A DNA stretch of 64,000 nt from an uncultured delta proteobacterium (GTDB taxonomy: Bacteria > Myxococcota_A > Polyangia > Polyangiales > Polyangiaceae): positions 1,984,001 through 2,048,000 of the forward strand of contig CAWDXG010000001.1 in NCBI GenBank assembly GCA_963806225.1, read 5' to 3'. The notes below the pieces were generated by a model. It had not been told where the DNA came from. It did not search any database and saw only the letters and a list, made by a program, of their open reading frames with translations. A program made the translations under genes and the position numbers. Of the stretch, positions 62,414 to 64,000 are shown piece by piece. Numbering within the stretch: position 1 is the stretch's first letter; each line of letters starts with the position of its first letter.

Positions 62414-64000
62414 TCAGTCCTTGTCGGCTGGCCTGGCTGGTGACGCGGTCTGCGCCATCAGCTTCGCCATGCCCTCGAACAGCGCCATCAGCGATGCGGC
62501 GGCTTCGGGGGGCGCTTCGATGGCGACGCCGCCGCTTTCGGTGCGGCGCACCTGCACGGTCGAAAGGAGCGCGGTCACGTCGCCGCCGGCTGCCGGTGCC
62601 CCCGCGCCGTTGCCCGCCCCCTGCCGAGCACCGCCGCCCGCCCCGACGCCGTCGCTCGCCCCCTGCCGAGCACCGTCGACCAGCGCTTCGCGCGGCGCGC
62701 CGATCAGCGCGGCGCCCGGACCTGTCATTTCCTCGATCGTGTCGGCGTCGCCGTCCGGCGCCGCCTCCACCTCGACCGCGCCGTCGTCGTCCTCGGTTGT
62801 GCTCACTTCCGCGATGCCCGGCACCTCAGGCACGAGCTTGTCGACGGTCGCCATGAACGACGCCTTGCCACCGAACTGCACGCTGTCGCTCGCGCCGTCG
62901 AAGAGCCCCGAGAACAGCGCGCGCTTGTTCGACACGAGCGTGGCGATGCGCGATTCGATGCCGTACTCGCTCGCGAGGTTGAACACCTCGATGGGCCGCT
63001 TCTGCCCGAGGCGGTAGATGCGCGAGATGCGCTGCTCGAGCACGGCCGGGTTCCAGGGCAGCTCGAGGTTGATGCACGCGCTGGCGGCGCGCTGCAGGTT
63101 CAGCCCGACGCCGCCCGCGTCGCTCAGGAACATCACGTTCGTGTCCGGCTCGTCGTGGAACTCGACGATGGAGCGCGTGCGCTGCCGGCTCGATTCCGCC
63201 CCCGTGAAGAACACCGCGCGCTGCCCCGCGTCGCCGAGGATGTCGCGCAGGCTCCACTCGGCCAGCCTCAGCATGCGCCGCCACTGGCTGAAGACGACCA
63301 CCTTGCGCTGCTGCTCGACCGCGAGCTCCTCGACGAGCGCCCGGAGCTCCAGCAGCTTGGGCGAAAAGAGCCCTTCGAGCAGCGCGCCGTCGGGGCGCGC
63401 GCTCTGGTAGGTCGGCCAGATCTCCTCGAACTCGAGTTGCCCGAGGCCGTTCGAGATGATGCGCTGCTGGTTCAGCAGCGACATCAGCCTGAGGAACTCG
63501 CTCTGCGTGAGCGGCCGCCGCCGCCCTGCCGCCTGGAGGCGCTTGATGGGTGCGATCAGGTCGTCGTGCAGCTCGCGCTGCCGCTCGGTCATCGCCACCG
63601 GCACGCGCGTGTCGGTGCGCGGCGGAAGCTGCGAGAGCACGTCCGCTGCGCCGCCGCCGGAACAGGCCGGGCGACGAGCCGCGTGCGCAGCGTGTCGAGG
63701 TTGCTTCGCACCGCCCCCGTTCGCTGTCCTCGTACGTGTACCAGGCATCGAGCCGCCACTTCGGGCGCAAGCGCGAGATCGTCCACCCAGTCGAGCAGGC
63801 TGGCGAGCTCTTCGAGGCGGTTCTCCATCGGCGTGCCCGTCAAGACGAGCCGCCACGCCGGCGACAGCGCCTTCACGTACGCCGCGCTCTTTGTCGCCCA
63901 GTTCTTGATGCGCTGCGCCTCGTCGAGCACCACGATGTCTGGTGCCATCCGGCGCACGTGCTCGAAGTCGCGGAGCAGCTGCTCGTAGCCGATGATGAGG
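62414..64000 (-). CDS. SNF2-family helicase, C-terminal part (frameshifted, begins beyond the window)
   Basis: LDEAQRIKN, LTGTPMENRL, KVVVFSQW, SDAGGVGLNLQ, PWNPAVLEQR. Confidence 0.92.
   Translation of the reverse strand, partial: PHHRLRAAAPRLRARAPDGTRHRGARRGAAHQELGDKERGVREGAVAGVAARLDGHADGEPPRRARQPARLGGRSRACARSGGSMPGTRTRTANGGGAKQPRHAAHAARRPACSGGGAADVLSQLPPRTDTRVPVAMTERQRELHDDLIAPIKRLQAAGRRRPLTQSEFLRLMSLLNQQRIISNGLGQLEFEEIWPTYQSARPDGALLEGLFSPKLLELRALVEELAVEQQRKVVVFSQWRRMLRLAEWSLRDILGDAGQRAVFFTGAESSRQRTRSIVEFHDEPDTNVMFLSDAGGVGLNLQRAASACINLELPWNPAVLEQRISRIYRLGQKRPIEVFNLASEYGIESRIATLVSNKRALFSGLFDGASDSVQFGGKASFMATVDKLVPEVPGIAEVSTTEDDDGAVEVEAAPDGDADTIEEMTGPGAALIGAPREALVDGARQGASDGVGAGGGARQGAGNGAGAPAAGGDVTALLSTVQVRRTESGGVAIEAPPEAAASLMALFEGMAKLMAQTASPARPADKD

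Noticed and set aside
1..64000. tRNA or rRNA genes, and the many Arg/Ala/Pro-rich shadow ORFs
   Set aside because: No cloverleaf or rRNA signature was recognised by eye; shadow ORFs are expected at this GC content.

Overview
Very GC-rich bacterial DNA whose gene content (Ser/Thr kinases, Cys-rich lipoproteins, PilZ protein, S2 leader) suggests Myxococcota, possibly Polyangiaceae-like; this taxonomy is inference. 1-39.8 kb is mostly housekeeping: map, rpsP-khpA-rimM-trmD, rpmB, xerD, trpG-D-C, truB, gatCA, nhaA, rpsB-tsf. 44-64 kb holds sugar-nucleotide and sulfate-activation genes (gmd, fcl, cysD, cysNC, a cysC-sat fusion, a DASS transporter) interleaved with hipBA, two vapBC pairs, Uma2, an AAA+ ATPase and a SNF2 helicase. 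Many genes carry single-base frameshifts, most likely long-read indel errors. The most striking part is non-coding. A roughly 4.3 kb island after tsf contains a Y1/HUH (RAYT-like) transposase and a lipoprotein gene. These lie between two 51-bp-period palindromic arrays that share a 23-nt hairpin but have different 28-nt spacers, and the whole block is bounded by inverted copies of a structured ~115-nt element showing covariation. Dispersed copies of both elements occur elsewhere in the window, including on both sides of hipBA. A separate 9 x 73-bp array with a dif-like core lies directly upstream of xerD. No rRNA, tRNA or true CRISPR array was seen.
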